A stretch of 63,231 nt of DNA, the filler included, from Perkinsus chesapeaki ATCC PRA-425 (lineage: Eukaryota; Protista; Perkinsozoa): NCBI GenBank assembly GCA_013115145.1. It is 5 parts of 5 records of this genome, joined end to end, with 100 filler letters (N's around TTAATTAATTAA, not from the genome) between each part and the next. Parts side by side here need not be neighbours in the genome. Positions count along the whole stretch, not along the records: positions 29,885 to 56,891 come from JAAPAO010000499.1; positions 56,992 to 61,760 come from JAAPAO010001226.1; 3 more parts are not named here. One strand, 5' to 3'. A model generated the notes under the pieces. That model was not told where the DNA came from, ran no database searches, and saw only the letters and a list, made by a program, of their open reading frames with translations. Below, piece by piece: positions 48,766 to 61,860 of this stretch. A program made the translations under genes and the position numbers. How positions within the stretch are numbered: position 1 is the stretch's first letter; each line of letters starts with the position of its first letter.

Positions 48766-51004
48766 ATTAAACATAAAAGTATATAAGTTATTTGATAACC
48801 AGTTTTATAACATTTCATAACATTTAATTATGTTTTGTTGATATTCGGGACGACTCATAAATCAACTCCCCAACTTCGATAAAAGGCAAAGTGAATTGGT
48901 CATGCCGACTTCCTGCCGCGTCGTAACTCACATCGCGTGGCAGAACTCTTCAACTCAAGGCTTGCATTACCATAAATAGCTATCTCTTCGGGAGAGTGGG
49001 AAGAGGGCGACAGTGCCGTGCAGCAATGCAGAGCAGTTGCTGGAGGCAAAGTTGCGAGCTAGGCGTCGATACCTAAACGGATGAGTCAGCCACAAGACTC
49101 CATCACTGTGACGTGCCGACTGCAGGGCCGTCAGCTAAAGGTATCAGAAAGTGTTGCTTTTTGGCGCTGCTACAGCAGGATAGTGGGTAGCCCATGTGGC
49201 TACACTGGTGGTGTTAAACCACTGCGGAGCACAACTTGTTGTGTGTAGAGTAAATAAGCGCAGTGCAGCTCGTAGAGTCTGTGCCTGCTTAGTTGTGCAT
49301 TGTGTATTTTGCGCGAATACGCCCCTGGGCGAGCGAGGTTCCTGATGGGAATCCTTCCGCAATGGAAAGTTGTGAAGGTGCGCCTTTGCAATAACTGAAG
49401 AGTCTACGGGTTTACACACTCAGGCTCATCTCAGCTTGGAGAGTCCGAGGAAATCTGACTTTCATTTTTTTTCTTTATCGGGGGGCCTGGTTTACAACTC
49501 ATAGTTGGCTGGGCCAACTTGGCTCTCTACATGGATTGTAGTGAGCACGAGTCACTAACTGGGCTCGGCTTCGGTGTTGTCACTGGCAGCCTATAGGGAG
49601 ATAATCCCAAACTTCAGAGGCTGTCTTGCCAAATAAGACATGCCGCCATCCGGCTGTCGGTCAACACCTTCGCCCTCTTCCCACTCTCCCGAAAAGATAG
49701 TGATTTATACTTAGCACAACCCTTGGCTGTCTTCTCATGGATCCTCGCTCTTCCGTAACATGTACGTAGTTGTGCAACACACCTCTAGTGCGCAACAGAC
49801 ATGCCCTCCCTGCACTTCGCTTATTTACTCTACACACAACAAGTTGTGCTGCGCATTTAAGGATGGTCAACATTGAAAGTGGTTGTTGGATAGGTCTTAC
49901 CTCTATCCTGCGTTGTCACGAAATGTTGTGTTATTAAACTCAACCGGTAATAATGCCAAATGAAAGCATCAAAGACATCATCATGTGTTCGTGAATCCAT
50001 CGGCCAAAGTATATCACTTCCATTCCATCCCTCCAATGGGCCATTGGCCACGTAACTACAATCATGCAACGGAAGCAAAAGAAACATTATGAAAGTCGTC
50101 CACTCAAAATGCCTCTTGTCAAGTGCAGCGTCCTTGTCCCAAATATCTGCCAATTTGGGCTCTTTGTGATGCTTGAATGTAATCTCTGTCTTGGGCATCT
50201 GACCGGCGCAACAATCAATAAACCACAATCATCATATACCCTATTTACAGGAACCTTCCACCGAGTCCACCAGGAGCTGCTCTCCTCATCAGGTCTGTCT
50301 GTAATGTGACAAAAATGTCCCTCACCTTTTAGTGTCGCTGGATCGACCACTACGACACGTTGGATCTAGAAAAAGCCACCAGTACTAAGCTCGAACGAAT
50401 TACCTACCGAATGTTACAATCTCACATGACCAGACAGATATTTAGCTCTGTTGCTGGTCTACAGTTGAGGCATTAATCGACGTTCTTGATTTGCAGATCA
50501 ATTGTAAGTTGATCATCGCGTTATATTACGAGTAAACGGTGGCTCAGGGAAATTCACGAAATTGCATTTAAACTATAACCCCTGACGGTTTGAAGGGCAG
50601 ATTGGACTGATGTAGCCTCGCCTTCTCGAACTACGCAAACTCACCTGTCGTCTATGCATCCTATCAGCCCTCAACGGCAACGCCCCAATCGGCTTTGTCC
50701 CCTCCGGGTCCATCCTCTCCCACTTTGCTGGCACAATCTCTGGTCTACCTTCCCTCGCCTCGGCCAACTACACCACCATGCCGATCGTCTCCTCTCTCCT
50801 TCGTACTTCCGGATGGGCTATTCTTTCGTGTGACACTTGTGCCGCTTCGTGCGACTGTTTTGTCATCAAATTCATCAGGTTTTCGATCGGATTGATCGAT
50901 ATGAACCCGGTTGGCAACCACCCGTGATGACCATCGCTCGTCATCAAAAACCAACTGTTGCCCGGAAAATTTATCATCAAAAATTATATTTTTCCTGGAA
51001 AAAA

Positions 51005-53104
51005 TCACACTATATTCCACAAACTTGTAATGGTGTTATTATCCCTCAGCTTGGCAACTGCCAAGCCCAGCTCTGGACTGTATACCGGCTCCCTGAGGAG
51101 AATTGAAATGCTTCAACTTCCGTCGTCTCACCGATAACCAGAATCATCTCGGTAAAGTAGACTGGCATCGCCCTCGTCGGCCGAGGCCGGCTGGTGGCCA
51201 TCTAGTAATTTTTCAAAACCGATCAGTTCGTCAATTTCTACGTCCTCTTCAACGCGTTGTAAGGGAGGAGGCGCAGAGAGCAACTGACACAGTTTCGTGG
51301 CGCGTGAAAGGTCTGAGCGACCAGAAGTGTTACTTCTCTAGCATCTGAGGAGCCGCGTATCTTTCGCACTACAAAGATTCATAAAAGGTTACCTGAGGTC
51401 CCCTTGCCACCGATCGGCGCATCCATGGACACTTCTACTCCGAAATATGGAGACTGAAATAGACTTGACAGAGACCTCAATAAGTTAGCTTGTCACTTGG
51501 AAAAACAGCTCACGCATCTTGGCCATCTCCTCTTGAACGCTCGTCAAGGCACTTTCAGGATCGATGCGGAACCCGAGCACGAAACCGCCAGCTGGGCCAA
51601 CAGGCTCCGATTCGGATAAAGCTGTCCCCGATAATTACAGACTTTGTATGTTTCCACTACCAAGGCCCTCCCAAACTTGGAATTACGGACGGTCACGGAG
51701 CGCTGAATGACGACAATGGTAGTGCGGCCAACAACTATAGTGTGGGACTAATGCTTCTCTGGAGATAGCAGAAAAATATCAGAAAAGTTTCCCCGGAAAA
51801 ATTCTGTCGATTGAAAACTAAAGGTGGTCAGTATCGACCTAGAAGACCTCTCCTCTAAAAGTCCCACTAGCCCTGTTAGACTGTATTGTCACAAGGAAGC
51901 TCGCCACTCGCGACAAGTGAGTGGCCATTGCCACCATCCCTTCCCAACCTCCGCCGCCGCCCTACTACCATTTGCAAGTAAGGCATCGACACATTGAAGT
52001 TCTCGGCCAACGCGGCGTACCAGACGGCCCTTATCTGATAAAAACAGCATCAACAGTTTCCAGAAATATTCGCTCACATTCGTGATGACCATCGTGCCTA
52101 GGTTCCCCTGGTCAGTCGCCAGGTTCCAAACTCCCGAGATTTTATTATACATTTTTTCTTGCGGCAACAGAACCAGTTCCTGCTCTCTCACAATTGCGGA
52201 TCTGATGAGATTCACATTCCCCGAATTTCCCCTCCTCGACCACCTCAATCTCAGCTCCCTGTAAAACCGTGAAGTATCATAAGCTCGATGGACCGCCTGC
52301 ATTGTTGTAAAGATTCTCGGAGAATTGCGGACCAACGAAGTGAAGATAAACTCAAATCGTTGGCCGTTGAATCTGATTAAGTGACTCCGTTCACGCCTGA
52401 GGATCCGCCCTAGATTTTTCTGAGCACACGATGCCGCCCATTGTGGATGATTTTCCAACATCGGAAGTAGTTTGATTGCCATTGCCGCTACTGCCGGTTC
52501 GATAAGTAGATTTTTCCCCTGTCCATCGCCAAAGTAAGTTCTCTACTGTCGAGACTGGATTTTCCAGATTTTTCCCAAATTTTCTGTTCGCCGTTCGACA
52601 AGATACTACTAGGTCCCCCTACTACTTGCAAAGGAGGAATAATGCTTGAGTATCTCCTCTTAATTTACTGTTTACCATTTTAATACTCATATTATTAACA
52701 CATGACCATCCCACCGATAAACTCGCTCTGAGGCATGAAAACGAGAACGGAAAAATCTCCACAGTGCGCAAAGATACCCACCGAGAGCCCTGCTTGGTTG
52801 TGATCCAAATGATCCTCAAATTGGACACTATCATCATCCCTCTATCGCCGTTATTTCCCTAATAGAAGCTGCCAGCGAATTCGCCACGAAATTATTGCCT
52901 TTGTATCCTCCACCGAATTTATCGTATCGATTTCCTCCTCTCCTCTGAAAACACCTCCGGTATTTTCCGGCCTCAATCGACTTCACCGGATTACCTTGTC
53001 AATTTCAACCCGCTGCTGGCGAGATCGAATCGGATCTCTAAATCCTGCCAAACTCCGTTCCCACTACCCTCGAAGGCCACTGAAGAGGCGCTTCTCTTGG
53101 CCAT
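51005..53104 (-). CDS. BBS5: Bardet-Biedl syndrome 5 protein; multi-exon
   Basis: [74 protein letters not shown]. Confidence 0.92.
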
Positions 53105-53613
53105 CACAGTCTCCGACATTTTACGATTTTTCTATCAGAAAATGCCGCCCACAAAGATTGACAAACTAAACTCCCAACAAGCAATACAGTCCACGCGAAA
53201 CAAATGTATCAATCCAGGACTCCCTACTTCTTGAAGAAACTTGACAACGCCGTCATCAACCATGCTTTACTACTAGAGAAGGCGGCGGTGATGATGACAG
53301 CATATGGAAATAAAGGATAGCATCAGCAATTTGGGATGAGAGGGGAAGGGAGAGCAGCAGCAGCAGTCCTAGTCGGACCAAAAGTTCACGAGACTCGGGA
53401 TGTCACCAATATGGTAGCCATCTCAAGATTGGTGGAAAAGTCGGTATGAAAGACCGGCAGAAAATAATCTCAGCAAGTCTTTCAAACCGTCAATTTTCAC
53501 CAGAACTCGTGTGAAGGATGTGAATGAGAAATCAATCTAAAAGCCTGAGTCCCTTCTCCTCCTCCTCTGCCTGACGCTTCTTCCTTCATGACCGCGGCGG
53601 CGGAGGCGGTGCC

Positions 53614-55258
53614 TTAGGCACTAGCAGACTTAGTGTTGATGAGGGGGGAGAAGCTCAAGGACACATAAGGATAATACTCGCTGCTACCTTCCTCCTGAAA
53701 CGCACAAGATACCAAATATCGCACTAAAAAGAGTTCCTACATCAGCGGCAGCGTTGCCAGAGCCAGTCTGCTGCTTATCGGTCTTCGCGCCCGATAAATA
53801 GTTCTTGCCGAAGAGACCGCTGCTCGAGAATACATCCATAAGCTCGGCGCGCAGCTTGACAGGCTTTGCTTGAGACTTCTTGCCAACAACAGCAATGAAG
53901 GCAGCGAAGTTCGGAGGGACGCCGAAACGTAGGACGGCCTCGACGAACGTGCGCATGGCCTTGAGATGCATCCACCCGACAAGGGTATCCGAGAAGGCAG
54001 CGGCGCAGACCCTACCGAAAAAGTAACACAAATTTGTCGAAGAATCATCTTACCTTCTGAGGAAGGTCTCCTGCTTCTTCACCTCAGTCTCCATATGGGC
54101 CTTGGCGTTTTGGAGCTCGTCATACTTGCCGGCGTCATAGGTGAAGTCACGGCAGTTGAACTTGGCATGTCTCATGTTTGTGGAGAAGTCCGGAACAGCC
54201 TCCTTGAAAAGGACGACTCTGTAAAGGCTAGCACCGTCCTTATCAACAGGGAGGTTCAATTGGATAGCCGACTGAGGAACGACCTTCTTAGCAGCGGACT
54301 CGTAAGTACTCAAAAACTCTTGATCTTGGCCGCGAGGCACAACAACAACGACAGTGGTGAGATGCTCGGTCTCAACGAAGTCACCGTCACGGACCGACTT
54401 GGGGGTAATCACATCAGTTAGGTCACGTTGGGCGTATGAACCAACATCCTGATAAATGACGGTCATCGGGCTCCTACTAATTAGCGACATGACTTGCCTT
54501 TTTGCACATCTGACTGTACTGGGTCTTCAAATCAGAGAAGGTCTGACTCTTGGCTTTAACCTCATCATCGAGCTTTTGAATGCTGGTGAGTAAGAGACTG
54601 AGATTGTCCTGAATGTTCCTGGTTCTGGGAAACTTAGCGTCATCCCAGTGGAACTTGGAGATGTACTCCTCACAAGAGAGAGATGATCTCTGGGAAACGA
54701 CCTTGAACTCGGTCTGAGGGTCAAGCTCCAAGAGCTGTCTTTCAATACGACGAAGAACGGCCTCAACCTGAACAAAGAATTGATCGATTATACTTAACAA
54801 GTCAGAAAGCTGAGCTATTTTGTATCTTACCTGAGAGTCCTGCTTGGAAAGATCGTCTACCAATCTGATAAGGGAATCGAACGAGCCAAACTTCAGGTTC
54901 TCGGGAACATCGAACCTGCCAAAAGATACTTTATAGCTTCACCATGCATCACAGACAATAAAAAGATACTCCAGAGGTTATTTCGTATACACTAGCCCGC
55001 CTAAGCTTAATACTTGACACTGCCAAAACCAGCATAACCTATCCACTGATCGACATCGTAAATACACCTAGTTCCTCTAAAGCCCTCCGAAAGGTCGATA
55101 GTCGGTGATGAGATGCCCTATTGCTACTTGTAAACAGCATCACAATACTTGTTCTTCTCACAAACTCGGGACTGTAAAACAGTGTGAATGAGCTCCTTAG
55201 GCTCGTCAGCAGAGGAGCAAGCCAAGATCAAATATGGCTGTAGCGTAGAGGAAGACAT
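53614..55258 (-). CDS. VMA5: V-type ATPase subunit C; multi-exon
   Basis: FHWDDAKFP, RDLTDVI, ETEHLTTVVVVVP, LYRVVLFK, WMHLKAMRTFVEAVLRFGVPPNF, YYPYVSL. Confidence 0.92.
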
Positions 55259-55789
55259 AACTCACTACTTGGATACACTAAACAAGGAGGAGGAGCAGGT
55301 TAAAGATACCACCACCAACCGCACTAGAAAGAAAAACCAAGCTTAAGCAGCAGCCCCAACTTAGTCTTAAAACAGCGCGCGCCCACATGATCGATAACGA
55401 AGCTCCCCTTGGTGGAGAGAGGCTAAACAGTAGAGAGAAAGAGAACTAAGCCGAAGGCTGCGCAGCGGTGAAGTGATAAATAACAGTTCTTGCAATCTTG
55501 GGGATTCTATAATAAAGATAGTTCAAGGAAAGAGAGTAGTGTCTTAGCTGGTGCTGTGGTGGGCGGCGCTGCGCTAAAGCTGCTCGTCTTTAATCCAAGC
55601 TTGGTGATCGTAAAGATATTTTTGAGGCCGGATACGATACTCTTGGACTAGTACATCTTGACGTATTAGTTTTTCACTATAAGGTAGAGATCTGTGGTTT
55701 TAAAAAACTGAGATCCGTGGAGGTCACAAATGCGACCTAAAAAGTATCTTATAGAACTCAACACACTTTAATGAGTAACAACGACAAAC

Positions 55790-56600
55790 ATTCATGTCAA
55801 GTCTCGTTCAGCACGGGCCGCTCTGATCGCCCTTTTCAGTTCGCCAGATGCAAACTCTAACTCCGCTGCAGTCGAGGCTCGAAGCCGACGAGTGATGAAC
55901 TCACCGCGCCGCTTATAGCGCACTATGAAGACTAATGATTCTGATAAATGAAATGACGACCTGCTAGAGTGTCTCGGCGGGACATGAACTCTGTTAACGG
56001 AGAGCAACTGAGGAACCCGAATCTTTCCCCCGCTTTGCTGAAAGGCTTACCGGAATAACCTCGATTGTCTTTGTGACGTCTCGATGGTAGGCATCTTCTC
56101 TGGCCAACCAACTGGCTAGGAAATACATTAACCCATCGCCAGAGTTACGGTTGGTGTTCGGAGTGTAAAATATCCTATACCAAAAGGGTGACCTAAAAGA
56201 GGACAGCTTCAATAACAAAGAGGAGTTGAACCGAACAATTCAGTCACGTGTTGTAAGCCTAATGTAAAACCAACTATTGAAGGCCGGAAGGTGGTCAGCG
56301 AATTGCAGGTCTCGTACTTGGCGACAGCTGGCATGGCCGCCGTTGAGCACATTTCAGGACTTGGCGGTGGCTAACCCGCTCTGTCACATTCCCGGTTCAC
56401 ATAGGTTAACATAGATACAATGCCGCTCTATATTCGCTACATTATACCACAGTTCGATGAGCCCATACAAAGGGGACATTCTGCACAAAACAATCAACAC
56501 TGGCCACCGAATCCACTCGAATGCATATCGGAAAATGATGAAATGTTATTAACAGATAAACTGGTGATGACAACCTTCACACTAGATCCTCTGCTGCTAC
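55790..56600 (-). CDS. Hypothetical multi-exon gene fragment
   Basis: Short open exons (55792..56007, 55994..56218); no family recognised. Confidence 0.25.
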
Positions 56601-56695
56601 TAAGGGACAAGCATGTGGAGGAATCCAACGCACATTAAGGGTTGGACAACAATTAGTCAATGATGGTCACGAAGAGACTAACGGCTCGTATCAAA

Positions 56696-56768
56696 TACCC
56701 TACCCGGGGATCGAACCCGGAGTCTCCACCTTAGGAGGGTGGCGCCTTATCCATTAGGCCAGCAGGGC
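56696..56768 (-). tRNA. trnR: tRNA-Arg(CCU)
   Basis: GCCCTGC/GTAGGGT acceptor, anticodon loop CTCCTAA, T-arm CCGGG-TTCGATC-CCCGG. Confidence 0.95.
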
Positions 56769-56991
56769 GATGTAGACATGCACGAGGGTATCGGGATGAC
56801 CCGCAGGCCATGGAATGTAATACAGGTTAACGTAGTTGACCCAGTTTACTCGGGGATTACCGTCCGGAGCGTGTTACTTGAATATTTGTAGNNNNNNNNN
56901 NNNNNNNNNNNNNNNNNNNNNNNNNNNNNNNNNNNTTAATTAATTAANNNNNNNNNNNNNNNNNNNNNNNNNNNNNNNNNNNNNNNNNNNN

Positions 56992-59900
56992 CAAGATTTC
57001 GACATCATAATAGAACACATCATGCTCAATAAATCTTAGACCAAGCATAGTGTACATTGCGTTATTGGAACCTTCTTGGCCGCTTCCGAGGCGGAGCGAT
57101 TCGTTCCATCCGACCAAAAATGATACGAATAAGAAAGATACAAACGGCAAGAATAGACAAACGGCTGGCCGTTAGCGGGAATGCAGGACCCAGAAACGAA
57201 ATTCTGAGCTGAGACTCAGCTGCTGAGCGAATGGTAATGATTAGAGTAATACTAGGAGCTCGTAATATACTTTGGGCAGCAACTGCCCATGCGTCGAGGC
57301 ATGTCTGGCGATCTCTACCATCGTAGTGTATTCTACCACGTATGCCACAGTGTGTCATGTTTCACATCATGCACAAAACTAAAATACCACGTCCATCGTT
57401 TCTGAGATATAATACATTCCTCAACATCCTGTCTCGTCAACGGAACACCTCAATGAGAATTGCGGATTAATCACCATTTTCTTGAGTGATTGACAACCCA
57501 ACATGTTTGAGTATCAAAATAGCAATTACCTATAATACGACAGCAGATACTACAACCACCACAAGGAGTAGAACTACTGTGAGGAGTTTACTCTAACATT
57601 CGTTACTGGTTGAAATTAATGATATTAAATATCGAGTCAATGTATTGTATACGATATAACTCATGCTTCGCTCCGTCGCCCAAGACGAGTCCGTTCTTCG
57701 ATTTTCTTCTCTCTAAAATATGAACACCAATCCCCTACTTCAAGTTGGTCAATTGCTCGATTCGATTGACCCAGTTAATCGCCTTCGCAACAGTCAGCAG
57801 TAGCAAGCTGTCTGCGCCGTACGACAATTTGTCATCGACAAAGCCCAGCAAGATATTTTACAAAAACTGCTCGACACTATCAAACCAAAATAAAATACAG
57901 CAGATGACAATCGTTAGGGCATCACATTAAAGAGTGCGATAATGAAGCGTGGGAAAATATACTTAGCAGAAATCCTGGCAGCTTCCGGCCAATTTTTCTC
58001 GTACCATGCAAGGAATCTATATAATCCATCTGTTGGAAACTCACCGGCTTCTACATATAATCAGCATTCTCGAATTAGAAGGTATTATGCACACAAGTTT
58101 TCAAACCTTCCCCGCCATCGTATAAATATATTTGCCCCATTTCCATTCCAATGGGAGTTAGATATAGAAAGGCGCACGAATTACGTGACATAGGTCGACA
58201 TTACGGCGTAGTGTCGATATTCCTATGACTTTAGGAATAAGCCACTAGCCTATCCTGCCTACTTGTCCGCAACAGCTTCTATGGCCTCCACTCTCATCAT
58301 CTTCGCCTCGGCCTGAGCTGATTTCTGAGCTTCCCTCTGATTATTCCGCTTCTCGACTCGGAATCTGATGGAGACGAACTGTTGCTCAGCAGAGGTCGGG
58401 CGAACAGTACTGTTGCTCCCTTTGTTTCCTGGCGCTCCATTCCTGCTTTTGCTCTTTGGTGTGGGAATGTCGACCGCCTTTCCGCATGAAGTATGCGCCG
58501 TCGATATATCTATACGGAAAAAATTTCCCGGAAAAGTTATCCTACCACGAGACTGATGAGTCGTTCATGAGGGGAGACTCATTAGATCTCTATGGAGAAA
58601 TGGAAATACATAAATGTAATGAGGAAGTGGCATAAAAACAATCGCGGAGCGAACTAAGCGAGCGGAGCTTATTATCTGGAAATGGATCATTTCGCCGTTC
58701 GTGCGTACGAAATTATTTCTCGTTAACCAGAGCGAACTAGCTGATAGTCTATAGATGGAAAGATTCCCCTTTATCTGGGGATGCCTAGAAAGTTAGTAAT
58801 TTTTTCAAAGCTACCCTTTGTGTCGAGCTCACTCGCTCGCACCTCCAAAGCACTAGGGGAGCGATGACCAACTGACAATGGGCAAACTAACAGTTGTGCG
58901 AGCTCCGTCACTTCATCACGAAGACCTAGTATGAAGAACTAATGAGGAAGTGGCATGGAGACCCCCCCTTCCCCCCGCAAATACTCACTCCTCGGGCGCG
59001 AAGTTCGGCAAAGCCGTCTCATCCGGAGCGAATAACTCCTTCGTGGACTTGAATAAACTATTTTGAACCGCCGCCGTTGTCGAGCTTGTGACGTTGAACT
59101 CAACCGATGGCGCCGCCGAGCTCATACTCAAGTTGTTCGACGAATCTAGACACCAAGAATACATCTCGATAATTTTTGCACCATACCTGAGGCAGAGCTC
59201 TTCTCAGAACCCTCCGGTGTGGAGCTCACCACCGATTCAACTGACCTAAATCAACGAGGGAGCGGTATGAAGGTTTCGAAGGCACACGCACTACGTACTC
59301 TAAGTCTCTTTGCTCTTTCTTGTTCTTGTTATTCCTTTTCCGCTTTCCCGCGGCTCCGGAAACTGTCCAGCCTTCATCCTCGTGGGCAATCTTGTCCATC
59401 GTAAATTTCTCAAGTGTCTGAAATACGACGGCTCATAGTTTCATTAGCAATTTAAGGTAAACCAGAATAAATCCGCTCAATGACAAAAATTAGGGAGACG
59501 TTCAAAAACCGAAATAAATAGTAAAATATATAAACATCTCGTTCCTCTGCGAAAAGTTGACTAAGTCCCTTAAGAAAGCATTCTCTATCGCAACTCATGC
59601 TGAGACCTCACTTCTATCTCAATTTCAGGGGCCCGTGAATCTCTAAGTGGGCGTGTTAGTTCCCAAAAATCTTGAACTTCTCTAACGCTTAGAATCACGC
59701 GCAATATTGTGCCATAAAATGAGGCAGGATTGTCTTCCTGGAGCTAGGCCAGCGCAACCATGTTTTCAGAGTAATATGAGTATAGGAATATACAGCCGAA
59801 ATTTCAGTGCAAAGCTCGCCGTATTTGCGGAATTCTCGCACTGAACAGCTTTACCCTCTCTGAAGACTTAAATGGCATGTTGTGGTGAAAACGGGTAAGG

Positions 59901-61730
59901 AAGCTAATCCCTGAATCTCGTACAGGGGATTTGACAAAGACAACTTCTGTTGTAACATAGCATCACAAGCACGTGTTGATTCCCCGTCGTCCCGAAGCCT
60001 CCCATAACTACCAGTGCCCGCTGCCTCTCAGTAGCAATCTTTTTCGGGCTCGAGCTTCCCCCTCGTCCTTCCTCATCGTCATCCATTTGAAAACTCTCTG
60101 AGCGCTTTCGTACAGCCTTTGGCGAAGTCTTAGGGGTGTGCTCAGCGCTGTCGAAGCTTGAAGAAAGCCGGGAGAATGGTATCCTGGAAAAACAATCATC
60201 TCGAGAGGGGGATTTTACCATGTCTGATCACTCATTTAAGCTCTACCGAAAGCCGGTATTATTTCGAAACAAAGATTGTGGAGACAGTATTTTAATATTG
60301 AGGTAGTTGATAGTGCTGAATCGGTATATCAGGCTACAATACAGTTTGATGACATAGGATATACTTGAAATTGGAATTTAAAGAATTATTCCTTTCAGTC
60401 TAAGACCCTTTTCAATCGGTCGTGCTTCAACCTAAGATGCTCTTCTCACGATCACGCTTCAACCTAAGATGCTTTTCTCACGATCACGCTTCAACCTAAG
60501 ATGTTTCTCTAACGATCTTGCTTCAACCTAAGATGCTTCTCTAGCGATCACGCTTCAACCTAAGATGCTTTTCTCACAGTCATGCTTCGACCTAAGATGC
60601 TTTTCTCACGATCACGCTCCGACCTAAGATGCTTTTCTCATGGTCATGCTTCAACCTAAGATGCTTTTCTCACGATCACTCTTTAACCTAGGATGCTTTT
60701 CTCATGATTCAACCTAAGATGTTTTTCTCACGATTACGCTTTAACCTAGGATGCTTTTCCCATGCTTCAACCTAAGATGCTTTTCTTATGCTTCAATCTA
60801 AGGCAATTCCACAAAATGATCGCCATTCGTCGAGCGAACGCTTTTTTAAAATTGACATTTCAACCTCAGCTAGCTCTCCAAAGTTCACGCGTGAAGCCAA
60901 GATACTCATACGGTCTATCAAGCCTCTCCAACCTTTATTACCATCTATTTCCGTCACTCATAATAACAGATAAAAACCAGCCAAGTTGCCCGTACAAAAA
61001 CAGTACAACATGAATCGCTTCGCTCCGCCTTTATCTGCGCACTTGCACGTGTGCACGCAAGCTAATGCAAGGGGCGAACTGATGGGCTGTGTGCATTCCC
61101 AACCAGTAAGTGCCGATCAACACTATCATTCCTCTAACTAAGCCGTTCTTTCCAGCCTCTCATTGCCTCCTCGGAGAGCAAAATTTTTGCTTGATAACTT
61201 TCGCCCGAATTTTTTCCGATATTTCTTTCTAGGTCCGCCGGAAATCTCGACAAGGGCCACCCCTTGGCATACGAAGGAGTTGCGATGAAGACAATCGAGA
61301 AGACATTCGGGACACTTACACCTTAGGATCGGTGGGTCTGGGCCATTGGAAGCAATTACTACCCTTGGGGGCTTCAAAGAACGGGAACGCGCTCGATAGG
61401 AATTCTCCTATATTGCTTAGTTCATTACCAAGGATAGCTTACTTCTGACGAGGGATGATCTTGGAACTTACCGAGGATTCCATCCATTAAATTTTCTGCT
61501 TGAATTAATAAAAGTGTTGTTCATTTCGGACTAATGAAACCGAATCGGAGGGGAAGAGGGTTAAATTGTGTCAACTTGGGTGGAAAGGTAAGAATTCTGA
61601 TCGATCTAGACATGTTCCAACATGGGCTGAAATATATAATGGATCTTACTACAGAGAGTCGTAGAGCAAAATGACTTCTTTTCCAGATATATCTCCTCCT
61701 CCGTATCACTAGTAACATATTTCCTATCAA
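56992..61730 (-). CDS. One or more hypothetical multi-exon genes (approximate)
   Basis: Open exons at about 57000-57350, 57745-57900, 58200-58520, 58960-59150, 59250-59400 and 59904-60221; no family recognised. Confidence 0.3.
60423..60800. repeat. Tandem array, 32-bp unit, about 12-13 copies
   Basis: Unit cgcttcaacctaagatgcttttctcacgatca at 60423, 60455, 60487 and onward; the last copies are shortened. Confidence 0.95.
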
Positions 61731-61860
61731 ACTCCTTTCTATTATATCTCCTCCTCCGTANNNNNNNNNNNNNNNNNNNNNNNNNNNNNNNNNNNNNNNN
61801 NNNNTTAATTAATTAANNNNNNNNNNNNNNNNNNNNNNNNNNNNNNNNNNNNNNNNNNNN

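Noticed and set aside
56640-56890. Possible host intron for tRNA-Arg
   Set aside because: I could not find an in-frame exon join on either strand; left unresolved.
60423-60800. CRISPR-like appearance of the 32-bp array
   Set aside because: No unique spacers, no cas genes and a eukaryotic context; it is a simple tandem repeat.
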